Shown here one piece after another: positions 1-8,997 of a stretch of 64,000 nt of DNA; the stretch's first letter is position 1; each line of letters begins with the position of its first letter. Where the stretch lies: NCBI GenBank assembly GCA_029548865.1, contig JAKPMO010000028.1, forward strand, positions 39,629 to 103,628. Direction: 5' to 3'. The position numbers were made by a program, and so were the translations under genes. Under the pieces are notes generated by a model that saw only the letters and a program-made list of their open reading frames with translations, was not told the origin of the DNA and did no database searches. This stretch comes from Caldisericota bacterium. GTDB lineage: Bacteria; Caldisericota; Caldisericia; JAAYUI01.

Positions 1-122
1 ATTCCACTTTTGAAAGTTATGCATATTATTTTTTGATAAATGTGAAAAATGCAATTTGTAAAGAAAATATAATCAATATTACATATAGTAATAAGAACTA
101 ATATTACTTATGATAATTACAA

Positions 123-1130
123 TCAAATATTTTCACCTGTTATATCAATTGCCTCCGGTGGACGAGATATTCCGATTCTCATACCCTGAATCCTCTGGAG
201 TTCATGGAGTGTTTGCAAAAGCTGACGGTTTAGGTGAGCTTCCAGTTTTACAACACTTTCAGAAATATATTGATCAAAAAGGCATTGTTGGATTTTAACT
301 TCCATTTCTTTACCTACCGATTCCGAAATAAGCTTGTATTCTTCAAAAAGTGATAACACAAGTTTGTGTCCACTCTCATATAACTCTTTTTGTGTTTTAC
401 CAAATTGTTTTGCAATGATCGAGATAATTTCTTTAATCTGCTTTTTTGTTTTGGAGAAATTTTCATTAAAAATATCTGGCCATAACTCTTTGACGTCAAA
501 AAACTCAAGTGATGAGCAAGGGATTTTCTCGTGTTTTTCCCTCCGATTCAAATATTCAAAATCACAAAGAGTATTTATGATTAAAAAGATTTTCTTTCCC
601 TCAAGGGATCCGTCTTCTGGCAAGTCGTCGAATTCAACAAAAGATAACAATCTTTCAGAAATCTCCATCTCTTCATCACCGAATATTTCCAGTCTTGACT
701 TACCTACATCAATTGCAAGATCTTCATTCGTGGAAGTACGCTCTTTCCAAGATACCCAGTCTTTCAAAATATTGTCGACAACCCTAGAAAAATCCCATCT
801 TATATGAGCATTTTCGTAACGCGCCAGTCTCCTGGTTTTCCAGATAATATTTGCAATTTTCTCAACCAGCACAATCTCAAGAGTGCCATGTGGGCAAAGA
901 TCTTTCTTCAATTCTATGACAAGTTTATCATACTCCTTCTGGCTTTCATATATTGGCAAAACTGGGACTGAGGCCAAAATGCCATGTTTCAGGTTTGATG
1001 GGGGTAGAAATTTACTCCTCTGTGTTTTTGGCCCTGTGGATTTTCTGGCATTTTTTCTATTTGCTTCAAAAGCCTTTGGAGTCATTGTCTTTTCAAAGCT
1101 TTTTTTCTTGTTAATTTCCTGTTTCTTCAT
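123..1130 (-). CDS. Hypothetical protein with N-terminal 'ANRKNARKSTGPKT...NLKHG' motif (HGGxSTG-related family)
   Basis: 335-aa AT-rich ORF with GAGG SD upstream; basic STGPKT/NxxKHG motif followed by a predicted helical region. Confidence 0.7.
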   Translation of the reverse strand: MKKQEINKKKSFEKTMTPKAFEANRKNARKSTGPKTQRSKFLPPSNLKHGILASVPVLPIYESQKEYDKLVIELKKDLCPHGTLEIVLVEKIANIIWKTRRLARYENAHIRWDFSRVVDNILKDWVSWKERTSTNEDLAIDVGKSRLEIFGDEEMEISERLLSFVEFDDLPEDGSLEGKKIFLIINTLCDFEYLNRREKHEKIPCSSLEFFDVKELWPDIFNENFSKTKKQIKEIISIIAKQFGKTQKELYESGHKLVLSLFEEYKLISESVGKEMEVKIQQCLFDQYISESVVKLEAHLNRQLLQTLHELQRIQGMRIGISRPPEAIDITGENI

Positions 1131-1409
1131 TTCACACCTCCCAATATTATGTCTTTATAAACCATTTATTGCCATTGACAAAATATTGTATATACAGATG
1201 GGATGTTTTGCAACATTTATCACTTCTAGGGACAAAAAACGCAATTTTGTCAAGGTTTTCAAGTGATTTTGGTAATTCACCTCAATTTCTATAAGTGATA
1301 GGTATTAGAATTATGTTAACATTATTCAAAAAATCTTATATTTCAGCACTATCACAAAGCAAAAACTAATTGCTCCAGATAATGGCCTAGGTTGTATTGT
1401 TCCAAGTAA

Positions 1410-4091
1410 ATGATATCCTCTACCTTAAACAATAGGGGGTATGAGCAATTGAGAGAGAATGAAATCAAATTCGATCCTTTCGATGAAATACCAATAGAAA
1501 AAAGATGGTTTCCAGACCAGGAACAATTGAGCCAGAAAGAATATGATTGTCTTCTGCCTCCCCTTGTTGAGAAAATAAGAAGAGAAATCTACAAATGGAG
1601 GGGCCAAGTTTATAAGGGGGCCTCACAAACAACAAAATCGTTGCTTTGTCACTGGTTTTTGGAAACTGAAGGGCGGGAGCTGAGATACTTTTTTGCTCAA
1701 AGAGAGGCCGTTGAAACAATAATTTATCTCTATGAGATCATAAAGATAAGAGACAAATACGGCCTTGCTGCCTTTGATTCATCTGGAAAGCTCAAAGTAG
1801 AGGAATTTGAAGAAAACTGGACCCGTTATTGCATCAAAATGGCAACCGGCACAGGAAAAACAAAAGTTCTTTCGCTTCTTCTTGCCTGGTCTTATTTCCA
1901 CAAACTTTATGAGCCAGGCTCGATGATGTCAAAAAACTTCCTTGTTGTTGCGCCAAATATAATTGTGCTGGAAAGGCTAAAAAGAGATTTTGACAATTTG
2001 TGCATTTTTAGAAATGACCCTGTGATACCAGAAAATGGCTACGATGGCAGAAACTGGAAAAGGGATTTTTGTCCCGAACTACACATACAGGATGACATTG
2101 GCCAGATTTCTCAAAACGGCAACATTTTTTTGACAAATATTCATCGAGTTTATATGAATGAAACCCTCCCAACGAGAGAAACTTACTGGCTTGGCGAAAA
2201 GCCTGTCCCAAACGCTGACAGGAGTGGAGGGATGGATCTTGGCAAAATAATCAGATCAAAACAAATCCATGATTTGGTGGTTTTCAACGACGAAGCCCAC
2301 CACATACACAGCAAAAATCTTCAATGGTTCGAAGGAATCAGAGATATAAACAGTGGGCTGCTCCAGCGTACAGGAAAGGGTATTTCTGCCCAGATTGATC
2401 TGACTGCCACCCCAAAACACAATAACGGCGAAATATTCGCCCAGACTGTATCAGATTTTCCACTGGTCGAGGCGATCAAATGCAATATTGTTAAAAAACC
2501 TGTTCTGCCAGATAAAGAATCAAGAGACAAGCTGGATGTGAGGCAGTCTGATGATGCTGGTGAGAAATACAGCGATTTCATACATCTGGGCTACATTGAA
2601 TGGAAAAAACATTTCGATAGTCTCAAAGGCAAGAAAACACCGGTCCTGTTTGTGATGGCCGAAGACACAAAAGAAGCTGAACAGATCGCCCTTCACCTAG
2701 AGAAAAATTATCAGGTAATGAAGAACAGGGTATTGGTTATTCACACAAACAAAACCGGCGAAATCGATGAAAAACGCAGCGAAAAAGAACTCCAGGTGTT
2801 GCGAAATGCAGCAAACAGTGTTGACAGTTCGAATTCACCATACCTCGCTGTTGTCTCGGTGATGGTGCTTCGCGAGGGCTGGGATGTCAGAAATGTCACT
2901 GCAATCGTTGGCCTCAGGCCGTTTAAGGCCAAATCCCAGATCCTTCCAGAACAGGCGATTGGCAGGGGTCTCAGAAAAATGTTCGACCTGCAGACTGTTG
3001 AGGAGCTTGTTGTTGTTGGCAACCCTCCCTTTATTGAATTTGTCGAGTCGCTCAAATCCGAAGGGGTCAGGCTTGGCTACAGGACAATGGGCGAGAAAAG
3101 CGATGAGACAGGCGCGCCACTCATCATCGAGCTGGACAGGGCAAACCTCGACAAGGACCTGGAAAAAATGGACATAGTCCTCCCAAAGCTTGGAAGTAAA
3201 TATCGCTGGGACCCTGAGTGCATATTTTCGATCGATGTTGATGCAATTGCATTCAAACCATTAAAACTCGACGTGCTGATGAGAAATGACCCAAAAGAAA
3301 TCCAGTTTATCGATATTTTGGGATCATGGCACCACAAGATTGAATTCAAGCCTGAACTTGTCAACTTTTCAAATATTATTGGGTTTTTCACCTCTGCAAT
3401 CCTGAAAGAGGCAAGGATGCCTTCAGGTTTCAACGAGCTGTATCCCAAAGTGGAGCATTTCGCAAAAAACAGGTTGTTTGGAAAAATAATGGAAATCGAT
3501 GATCCGGTGTTTCTGATGAACTTCACAAGGCCGGAGGTCTCAAAAACAATATTTGACACGTTCAGGGCCGAGATTGAAAGGTTGACACTCAAGCAGGTGG
3601 AAAACCCCAGAGTCGACCATGGAGGGCACTCCCAGCTTGATTTTGAGCCAATTGCCGTCTCAAGCCAGAGGTATGTCAGGAGCAAAAAATGCCTGCAGAA
3701 CATGGTCGTCGGAAACCAGCTTGAGCTTGAATTTGCCGCTTTCCTGGACAGGTGCCAGGACGTGGTTTCCTTTGCCAGAATATATGAAAGACGGAGCCGT
3801 TTCAGACTGGACTATGCCACAGAATCCGGCAAAATCCAGAACTATTATCCGGACTTTGTTGCAAAAACAAAAGACGGGTTTGTCTACATCGCTGAAACAA
3901 AGGGCATTGTTGACGAAGACGCAAAAAGGAAAAGGGCAAGGCTTGAGCAATGGTGCAAGGATGCAAACAAATCTGCAGGCAAGGAATCCTACAGGTCACT
4001 CTTCATCAGGCAGGCTGAATGGGAAAAATTCAGGGAGACACTAAAAAAGATTGAGGAAGCCAACAAAATCTTTGGAAACATGGAGAACTAG
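1410..4091 (+). CDS. res: Type III restriction enzyme Res subunit (SF2 helicase plus C-terminal PD-(D/E)xK nuclease)
   Basis: Walker A MATGTGKT, DEAHH, LTATP, LREGWDV, QAIGRGLR; C-terminal YYPDFV...IAETKG. Confidence 0.9.
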   Translation: MISSTLNNRGYEQLRENEIKFDPFDEIPIEKRWFPDQEQLSQKEYDCLLPPLVEKIRREIYKWRGQVYKGASQTTKSLLCHWFLETEGRELRYFFAQREAVETIIYLYEIIKIRDKYGLAAFDSSGKLKVEEFEENWTRYCIKMATGTGKTKVLSLLLAWSYFHKLYEPGSMMSKNFLVVAPNIIVLERLKRDFDNLCIFRNDPVIPENGYDGRNWKRDFCPELHIQDDIGQISQNGNIFLTNIHRVYMNETLPTRETYWLGEKPVPNADRSGGMDLGKIIRSKQIHDLVVFNDEAHHIHSKNLQWFEGIRDINSGLLQRTGKGISAQIDLTATPKHNNGEIFAQTVSDFPLVEAIKCNIVKKPVLPDKESRDKLDVRQSDDAGEKYSDFIHLGYIEWKKHFDSLKGKKTPVLFVMAEDTKEAEQIALHLEKNYQVMKNRVLVIHTNKTGEIDEKRSEKELQVLRNAANSVDSSNSPYLAVVSVMVLREGWDVRNVTAIVGLRPFKAKSQILPEQAIGRGLRKMFDLQTVEELVVVGNPPFIEFVESLKSEGVRLGYRTMGEKSDETGAPLIIELDRANLDKDLEKMDIVLPKLGSKYRWDPECIFSIDVDAIAFKPLKLDVLMRNDPKEIQFIDILGSWHHKIEFKPELVNFSNIIGFFTSAILKEARMPSGFNELYPKVEHFAKNRLFGKIMEIDDPVFLMNFTRPEVSKTIFDTFRAEIERLTLKQVENPRVDHGGHSQLDFEPIAVSSQRYVRSKKCLQNMVVGNQLELEFAAFLDRCQDVVSFARIYERRSRFRLDYATESGKIQNYYPDFVAKTKDGFVYIAETKGIVDEDAKRKRARLEQWCKDANKSAGKESYRSLFIRQAEWEKFRETLKKIEEANKIFGNMEN

Positions 4092-4140
4092 AAAATGAAC
4101 CTCTCGGAAAAAGAAAAACAGGAAATAATCGAACTGATAA
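4081..4140 (+). repeat. 60-bp direct repeat, copy 1 (res 3' end plus start of mod)
   Basis: tggagaactagaaaatgaacctctcggaaaaagaaaaacaggaaataatcgaactgataa, identical to 5980-6039. Confidence 0.95.
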
Positions 4141-4292
4141 GACCGGGTAAAAACTGTATAAACAGCTATAGTTTGAAAAATCATCATCTTTCTCAATTCA
4201 TAAACCTCTAGCATAGGCCCATAAAAGAACTAATCTCTTCTTTCATTTCGAAATAATTTTGATTAGAATCAATATGGAAAGGAGGCCACTTA

Positions 4293-5438
4293 ATGAGCAA
4301 GGTGCTTGTAAAACAAAATATTTTATCTTGGGCCTTAAATCGCTCTGGAAAATCAAGGGAAGAGTTGAAAAAAGACTTCCCCAAAATCCAGCAATGGTTT
4401 GAAGGCAGTGAACAACCCACCGTAAAGCAACTGGAATCGTTTGCCAATAAGACATCAACACCTTTCGGTTTTTTCTTTCTTGATGAGCCTCCAAACGACA
4501 TTATACCAATCCCTTATTTTAGGTCGCTCAGGAATGGCGTTCCAAAAAGCCCGAGCCCAGAACTTATTGAAACTATTCAAACCATGCAAAGGCGCCAGTC
4601 TTGGTTGCGCGAATATCTGATCGAAGAAGATTTTGAGAAACTTGCATTTGTAAAATCTGTCAGCTTAAATGATGACCCCGTCTTCATTGCAAACAAAATG
4701 AAGGAACAACTTGGGTTGGCAGCCAACTGGACCTCCAAATTGCACAACTGGGAAGAAGCACTTAATTTGCTAAGTGCTTCCATAGAAAATACTGGAACAA
4801 TAGTTGCCGTCAATGGTATTGTTGGCAATAATACACATCGCAAGTTGCAGGTCGATGAATTCAGGGGTTTTGTATTGGTGGACGATTATGCTCCTCTAAT
4901 TTTTGTCAACAATTCCGATAGCAAAGCAGCGCAGATGTTTACTTTGGCCCATGAACTGGCCCATGTTTTTCTTGGCAGCAGTGCAGCATTCGATTTACGC
5001 GAAATGCAGCCAGCGGATGAACCTTCAGAACAAATATGCAATAAGGCTGCTGCAGAATTTCTGGTGCCCCATCAGGAGCTGCACAAAATATGGAACTCAA
5101 TAAAAAAGAGTAATAACCCTCCTTTCCAGGAAATTGCAAAACACTTCAAAGTGAGCGAGCTTGTTGTTGCAAGGAGAACACTAGATTTGGGGTTGACAAC
5201 AAAAAAAGAATTTTTTGATTTTTATAATGATTATATAACCAAAAATAAACAAAAACCAAAACAATCGGGGGGAGACTACTACTCAAGCCAGAGCGGTCGT
5301 ATTGGCCGCAAATTTGCCCAAATTATTGATAGGGCAGTAGGGGAGGGGAAATTGCTCTATTCTGAAGCCTACAGATTAACGGGGGTTTATGGAAGTACTT
5401 ATGAGAAATATATGATGTTGGTCAGAGACTCCCGGTAA
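4293..5438 (+). CDS. XRE-HTH plus ImmA/IrrE-family zinc metallopeptidase
   Basis: N-terminal HTH-like region (WFEGSEQPTVKQLESFA); FTLAHELAH (HExxH); EQICNKAAAEFL; strong GGAGG SD. Confidence 0.9.
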   Translation: MSKVLVKQNILSWALNRSGKSREELKKDFPKIQQWFEGSEQPTVKQLESFANKTSTPFGFFFLDEPPNDIIPIPYFRSLRNGVPKSPSPELIETIQTMQRRQSWLREYLIEEDFEKLAFVKSVSLNDDPVFIANKMKEQLGLAANWTSKLHNWEEALNLLSASIENTGTIVAVNGIVGNNTHRKLQVDEFRGFVLVDDYAPLIFVNNSDSKAAQMFTLAHELAHVFLGSSAAFDLREMQPADEPSEQICNKAAAEFLVPHQELHKIWNSIKKSNNPPFQEIAKHFKVSELVVARRTLDLGLTTKKEFFDFYNDYITKNKQKPKQSGGDYYSSQSGRIGRKFAQIIDRAVGEGKLLYSEAYRLTGVYGSTYEKYMMLVRDSR

Positions 5439-5441
5439 TTA

Positions 5442-5948
5442 ATGGTCACTCAACCTTTTCTTCTTGACTCTTGTGTATTTATCGAGGCTGCAAAACGTTA
5501 TTACGCATTTGATTTGGCCCCCGGGTTTTGGGACAAGTTGATGGCACATGCAAAAAATGGAGACCTTTTCAGTATTGACCGTGTAAAAAAGGAGCTAGAA
5601 AAAGGCCGTGATGAGCTTGCTTCATGGGCAAAAAAAGATTTTTCATTTGCTTTTGCCTCGACTAATAATCAAGAAATCATAAACCAGTACTCATTACTAA
5701 TGAACTGGGCAAATTTAAATAAGCAATATAGGCCTGAAGCCAAAACTGAATTTGCTGATGATGAAAATGCAGATGCCTGGCTTTTGGCTTATGCAAAGGC
5801 AAAAAATATAACAATTGTTACAGAAGAACAACTGAGTTTGGGTGCAAAAAGAAAAATTCCTATCCCAAATGTCTGCAAAGAATTTGGAATCCCATATATA
5901 AATACATTCGGAGTGCTGAGGAAACTTGGCGTGAAATTGGTAGTTTAG
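5442..5948 (+). CDS. PIN-domain protein, DUF4411-like
   Basis: FLLDSCVFI, ADAWLLAYA, IVTEE, KIPIPNVC; starts 3 bp after the ImmA/IrrE gene. Confidence 0.85.
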   Translation: MVTQPFLLDSCVFIEAAKRYYAFDLAPGFWDKLMAHAKNGDLFSIDRVKKELEKGRDELASWAKKDFSFAFASTNNQEIINQYSLLMNWANLNKQYRPEAKTEFADDENADAWLLAYAKAKNITIVTEEQLSLGAKRKIPIPNVCKEFGIPYINTFGVLRKLGVKLVV

Positions 5949-5979
5949 AACAAGAACCCAAAAATTGCATCACTCGAAC

Positions 5980-6039
5980 TGGAGAACTAGAAAATGAACC
6001 TCTCGGAAAAAGAAAAACAGGAAATAATCGAACTGATAA
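5980..6039 (+). repeat. 60-bp direct repeat, copy 2 (includes mod RBS and start)
   Basis: Identical to 4081-4140. Confidence 0.95.
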
Positions 6040-8234
6040 AACAGGGAAAACCGCTCCCGAAAGAATACATCTACAAGCTCACGGAAAACGAGGAGGACGT
6101 TCACCTGTTCTGGAACGGCAAAACCACAGATGTCACAAATGTTGCCCTGCCGTTCCACTCGATAGAGCAGATCGACGAGCCAAGGGGCGATGTCCAGGCC
6201 CCGATGTCGCTCTTTTCGGTTGACCCTTCGTCAAAAAGGCAGTCTGGCGGCTGGTCAAACAAGCTCGTCTGGGGCGACAACAAGCTGGTGCTCAGTTCCC
6301 TGCTCAACGGCCCGATGAGGGAGGAGATAGAAAAGGCGGGCGGGTTGAAGCTCATCTACATTGACCCTCCATTTGCTGTTGGCGCCGATTTTGGTTACGA
6401 CATTTCCGTTGGCGATGACAGCGTGACAAAGAGGCAGTCGGTCATCGAGGAGATCGCCTACCGCGACACCTGGGGAAAAGGCCTGTCAAGCTACCTGACC
6501 ATGATGTACGAGCGCCTCAAACTCATGAGAGACCTGCTCTCGGACGACGGGTCGATTTATGTGCACTGCGACTGGAGGGTCAATAGCGCTTTGAGATTGG
6601 TGCTGGATGAGATTTTTGGAGTTGATAATTTTATCAATGAAATCGCATGGAATAAAATAAAATCTGTAAAAGCACAAACGCTGGGGTTTGGAAATGTTAG
6701 AGACACAATATTTTTTTATAAAAAAGGAAAACCGTTTTTTAATCAAATTAGGATACCACATAAGCAAGAATACTTAGACACAATGTATAGATATAAAGAA
6801 AAAGACGGCAGGATTTATAGATTACATGATTTCACTCAAGAAGGGCAAGGAACACCAAAAAGATTTGGTGATGATACATTAACACCACCAGTTGGAAAAC
6901 ATTGGATCTGGTCGCAGGATAAAATAGATGAAGGTATAAAACTTGGACTTATCGTCTTCTCAAAAAATGGCATTCCGCAAGTCAAAAGATATTTAGATAA
7001 TGTACAAGGGGAAGCTGTATCTGATATTTGGGTTGATATTTCCCCTATAGGGTCAGTTGCTACAGAACGAGTTGATTATCCCACTCAAAAACCCGAAGCC
7101 TTGCTCGAGCGCATCATCAAAGCCAGCTCTAACGAAGGTGACCTTGTTGCCGACTTTTTCTGTGGCTCAGGCACAACGCCTGCAGTTGCAGAAAAACTTG
7201 GCAGGAAATGGATCGCCTGCGATTTGGGACGCTTTGCAATCCACACCACAAGAAAGCGCCTGATCGGTGTCCAGAGGGAACTGAAAAAGCAGGACAAGCC
7301 ATACCGCTCCTTTGAAATACTGAACCTTGGCAAATACGAGCGCCAGCACTTCTTCAACATCCCGCCAGACCTGCCAGAGGAGGAGCAGGACAAGCTGGTG
7401 GAGCGCAACAGGCAGGATTTTGTCTCCCTTATCCTTGAGGCGTACAGCGCCCAGCCAGTTGAGGGCTTCAGGGCGCTCCACGGCAGGAAGGGCAACCGCA
7501 TGGTGCATGTCGGCCCGCTCAGGGTACCGGTCACAAAATCGCTTGCGCAGGAAATTTTCTACGAATGCGTTGAAAACGACATTACAAACGTGGATGTGCT
7601 TGGCTTTGAATTCGAGATGGGCCTTGTTCCGGAGACCGCCCAGGAGTTTTACCAGGACAAAGGTGTACAGATGAATTTCAAATACATCCCGACCGAGGTC
7701 TTTGACGAGAGGGCTGTAAAAAAAGGGCAGGTCAAATTTTATGACGCCGCATACATCGAGGCAAAACCAAAAGTGGAGGGCAAAAAGGTCACCATCACGC
7801 TGGCCAATTTTGCCACCTCATACACACAGGACGACCTTGCCATGGTTGAGGAAGGATTGAGAAAGGGAAAGTCCCAGGTGATAATCGAGAACGGCACAAT
7901 CAAGAGGGTCTCAAAGGACGAGAATGGCATTTGCTCCCCACCGGAGATACTCACAAAATCGTGGAAAGACTGGATTGACTACTGGGCAGTTGATTTTGAC
8001 TATGGCAGCAAAAGAGAAATCATCAGGATCGGCAAAAACGGGGACGCAAAAGAAGTCTGGACCGGCAATTACATTTTTGAGAACGAGTGGCAATCTTTCA
8101 GGACAAAGAATGGCGAGCTGGAATTTTTGTCAGAGCACACCTACAAAGAGCCAGGAAAATACAGGATTATGGTCAAAGTGGTTGATATATTGCATGTTGA
8201 CACCTCGCTTGTGCTTGAGGTGGAGGTGAAATAG
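5994..8234 (+). CDS. mod: Type III R-M Mod subunit, beta-class amino (likely N6-adenine) DNA methyltransferase
   Basis: IYIDPPF (motif IV), YPTQKPEALLERII, DFFCGSGTT (motif I); IV-TRD-I order. Confidence 0.9.
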   Translation: MNLSEKEKQEIIELIKQGKPLPKEYIYKLTENEEDVHLFWNGKTTDVTNVALPFHSIEQIDEPRGDVQAPMSLFSVDPSSKRQSGGWSNKLVWGDNKLVLSSLLNGPMREEIEKAGGLKLIYIDPPFAVGADFGYDISVGDDSVTKRQSVIEEIAYRDTWGKGLSSYLTMMYERLKLMRDLLSDDGSIYVHCDWRVNSALRLVLDEIFGVDNFINEIAWNKIKSVKAQTLGFGNVRDTIFFYKKGKPFFNQIRIPHKQEYLDTMYRYKEKDGRIYRLHDFTQEGQGTPKRFGDDTLTPPVGKHWIWSQDKIDEGIKLGLIVFSKNGIPQVKRYLDNVQGEAVSDIWVDISPIGSVATERVDYPTQKPEALLERIIKASSNEGDLVADFFCGSGTTPAVAEKLGRKWIACDLGRFAIHTTRKRLIGVQRELKKQDKPYRSFEILNLGKYERQHFFNIPPDLPEEEQDKLVERNRQDFVSLILEAYSAQPVEGFRALHGRKGNRMVHVGPLRVPVTKSLAQEIFYECVENDITNVDVLGFEFEMGLVPETAQEFYQDKGVQMNFKYIPTEVFDERAVKKGQVKFYDAAYIEAKPKVEGKKVTITLANFATSYTQDDLAMVEEGLRKGKSQVIIENGTIKRVSKDENGICSPPEILTKSWKDWIDYWAVDFDYGSKREIIRIGKNGDAKEVWTGNYIFENEWQSFRTKNGELEFLSEHTYKEPGKYRIMVKVVDILHVDTSLVLEVEVK

Positions 8235-8251
8235 TTTCTGGAGGAGGTTTC

Positions 8252-8920
8252 ATGAACAGCAAAACTTTTTTGGCCATTCTGGCCACAAACATCATTTTGA
8301 CAGGATTGCTCTTCATTGCCCTGCCCAGGGGTGATTGGGGCGTCTTTGGTGCAAGAGAAGAAACCGGAGCTCTGGAACAACCCAGTCAATTGCAAAATAT
8401 TGAAGTGTTCACAGAGGAGAACTCATTTGCCGAACTGGAGAAATTGATCAAGGGAGCAAAAAAACGAATCTGGATCGAGATGTATGAGCTAACAGACAAC
8501 ATTTATAAAGGCAATATACAAAAACCAAGCATCATCAATCTTCTTCAAAGTACAAAGAAAGACCTGCAAATAAGCATTATTGTTGATCTGCAGCAGGAGA
8601 GGGGGAGCACTGCAATAAGCAAATCCCCAAAAAATCTTACTGTACTAAAAAATTTCGAAAAAGAGTTTGAGAAAAACAAGAAGAAAGAAATAAGGTGGTT
8701 CAAAAGCAACAGGCACTTCCACAGAAAAGTGTGCATCATTGATGACGACAAATTGTGGATTGGATCATCAAACTTCACTTATTCCGGAATAAATCCTGCC
8801 TGCGATAAACCAAATCTTGAAATGAACGTGAGAATCATTGACAAAAACATTGTGGAAAAGGTTGCCAAGAAAATACAGCAGGACTGGAACAACCAGTCGC
8901 TTTTGCAAAAAGAATTTTAA
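8252..8920 (+). CDS. Phospholipase D-like (single HKD) protein with N-terminal membrane anchor
   Basis: HRKVCIIDD (HxKxxxxD), GSSNFT, NLEMNV; hydrophobic N-terminus; GGAGG SD. Confidence 0.85.
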   Translation: MNSKTFLAILATNIILTGLLFIALPRGDWGVFGAREETGALEQPSQLQNIEVFTEENSFAELEKLIKGAKKRIWIEMYELTDNIYKGNIQKPSIINLLQSTKKDLQISIIVDLQQERGSTAISKSPKNLTVLKNFEKEFEKNKKKEIRWFKSNRHFHRKVCIIDDDKLWIGSSNFTYSGINPACDKPNLEMNVRIIDKNIVEKVAKKIQQDWNNQSLLQKEF

Positions 8921-8997
8921 ATGATTGCTCCATCCCATCAGAATGAAAGAGATTAGAGCCTGAGGAACACCATTAACCGGCCTGGTTCACCAACTCT

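Noticed and set aside
4095..4211. Separate small gene after res
   Set aside because: It is the duplicated mod start running into unrelated sequence, a by-product of the 60-bp repeat
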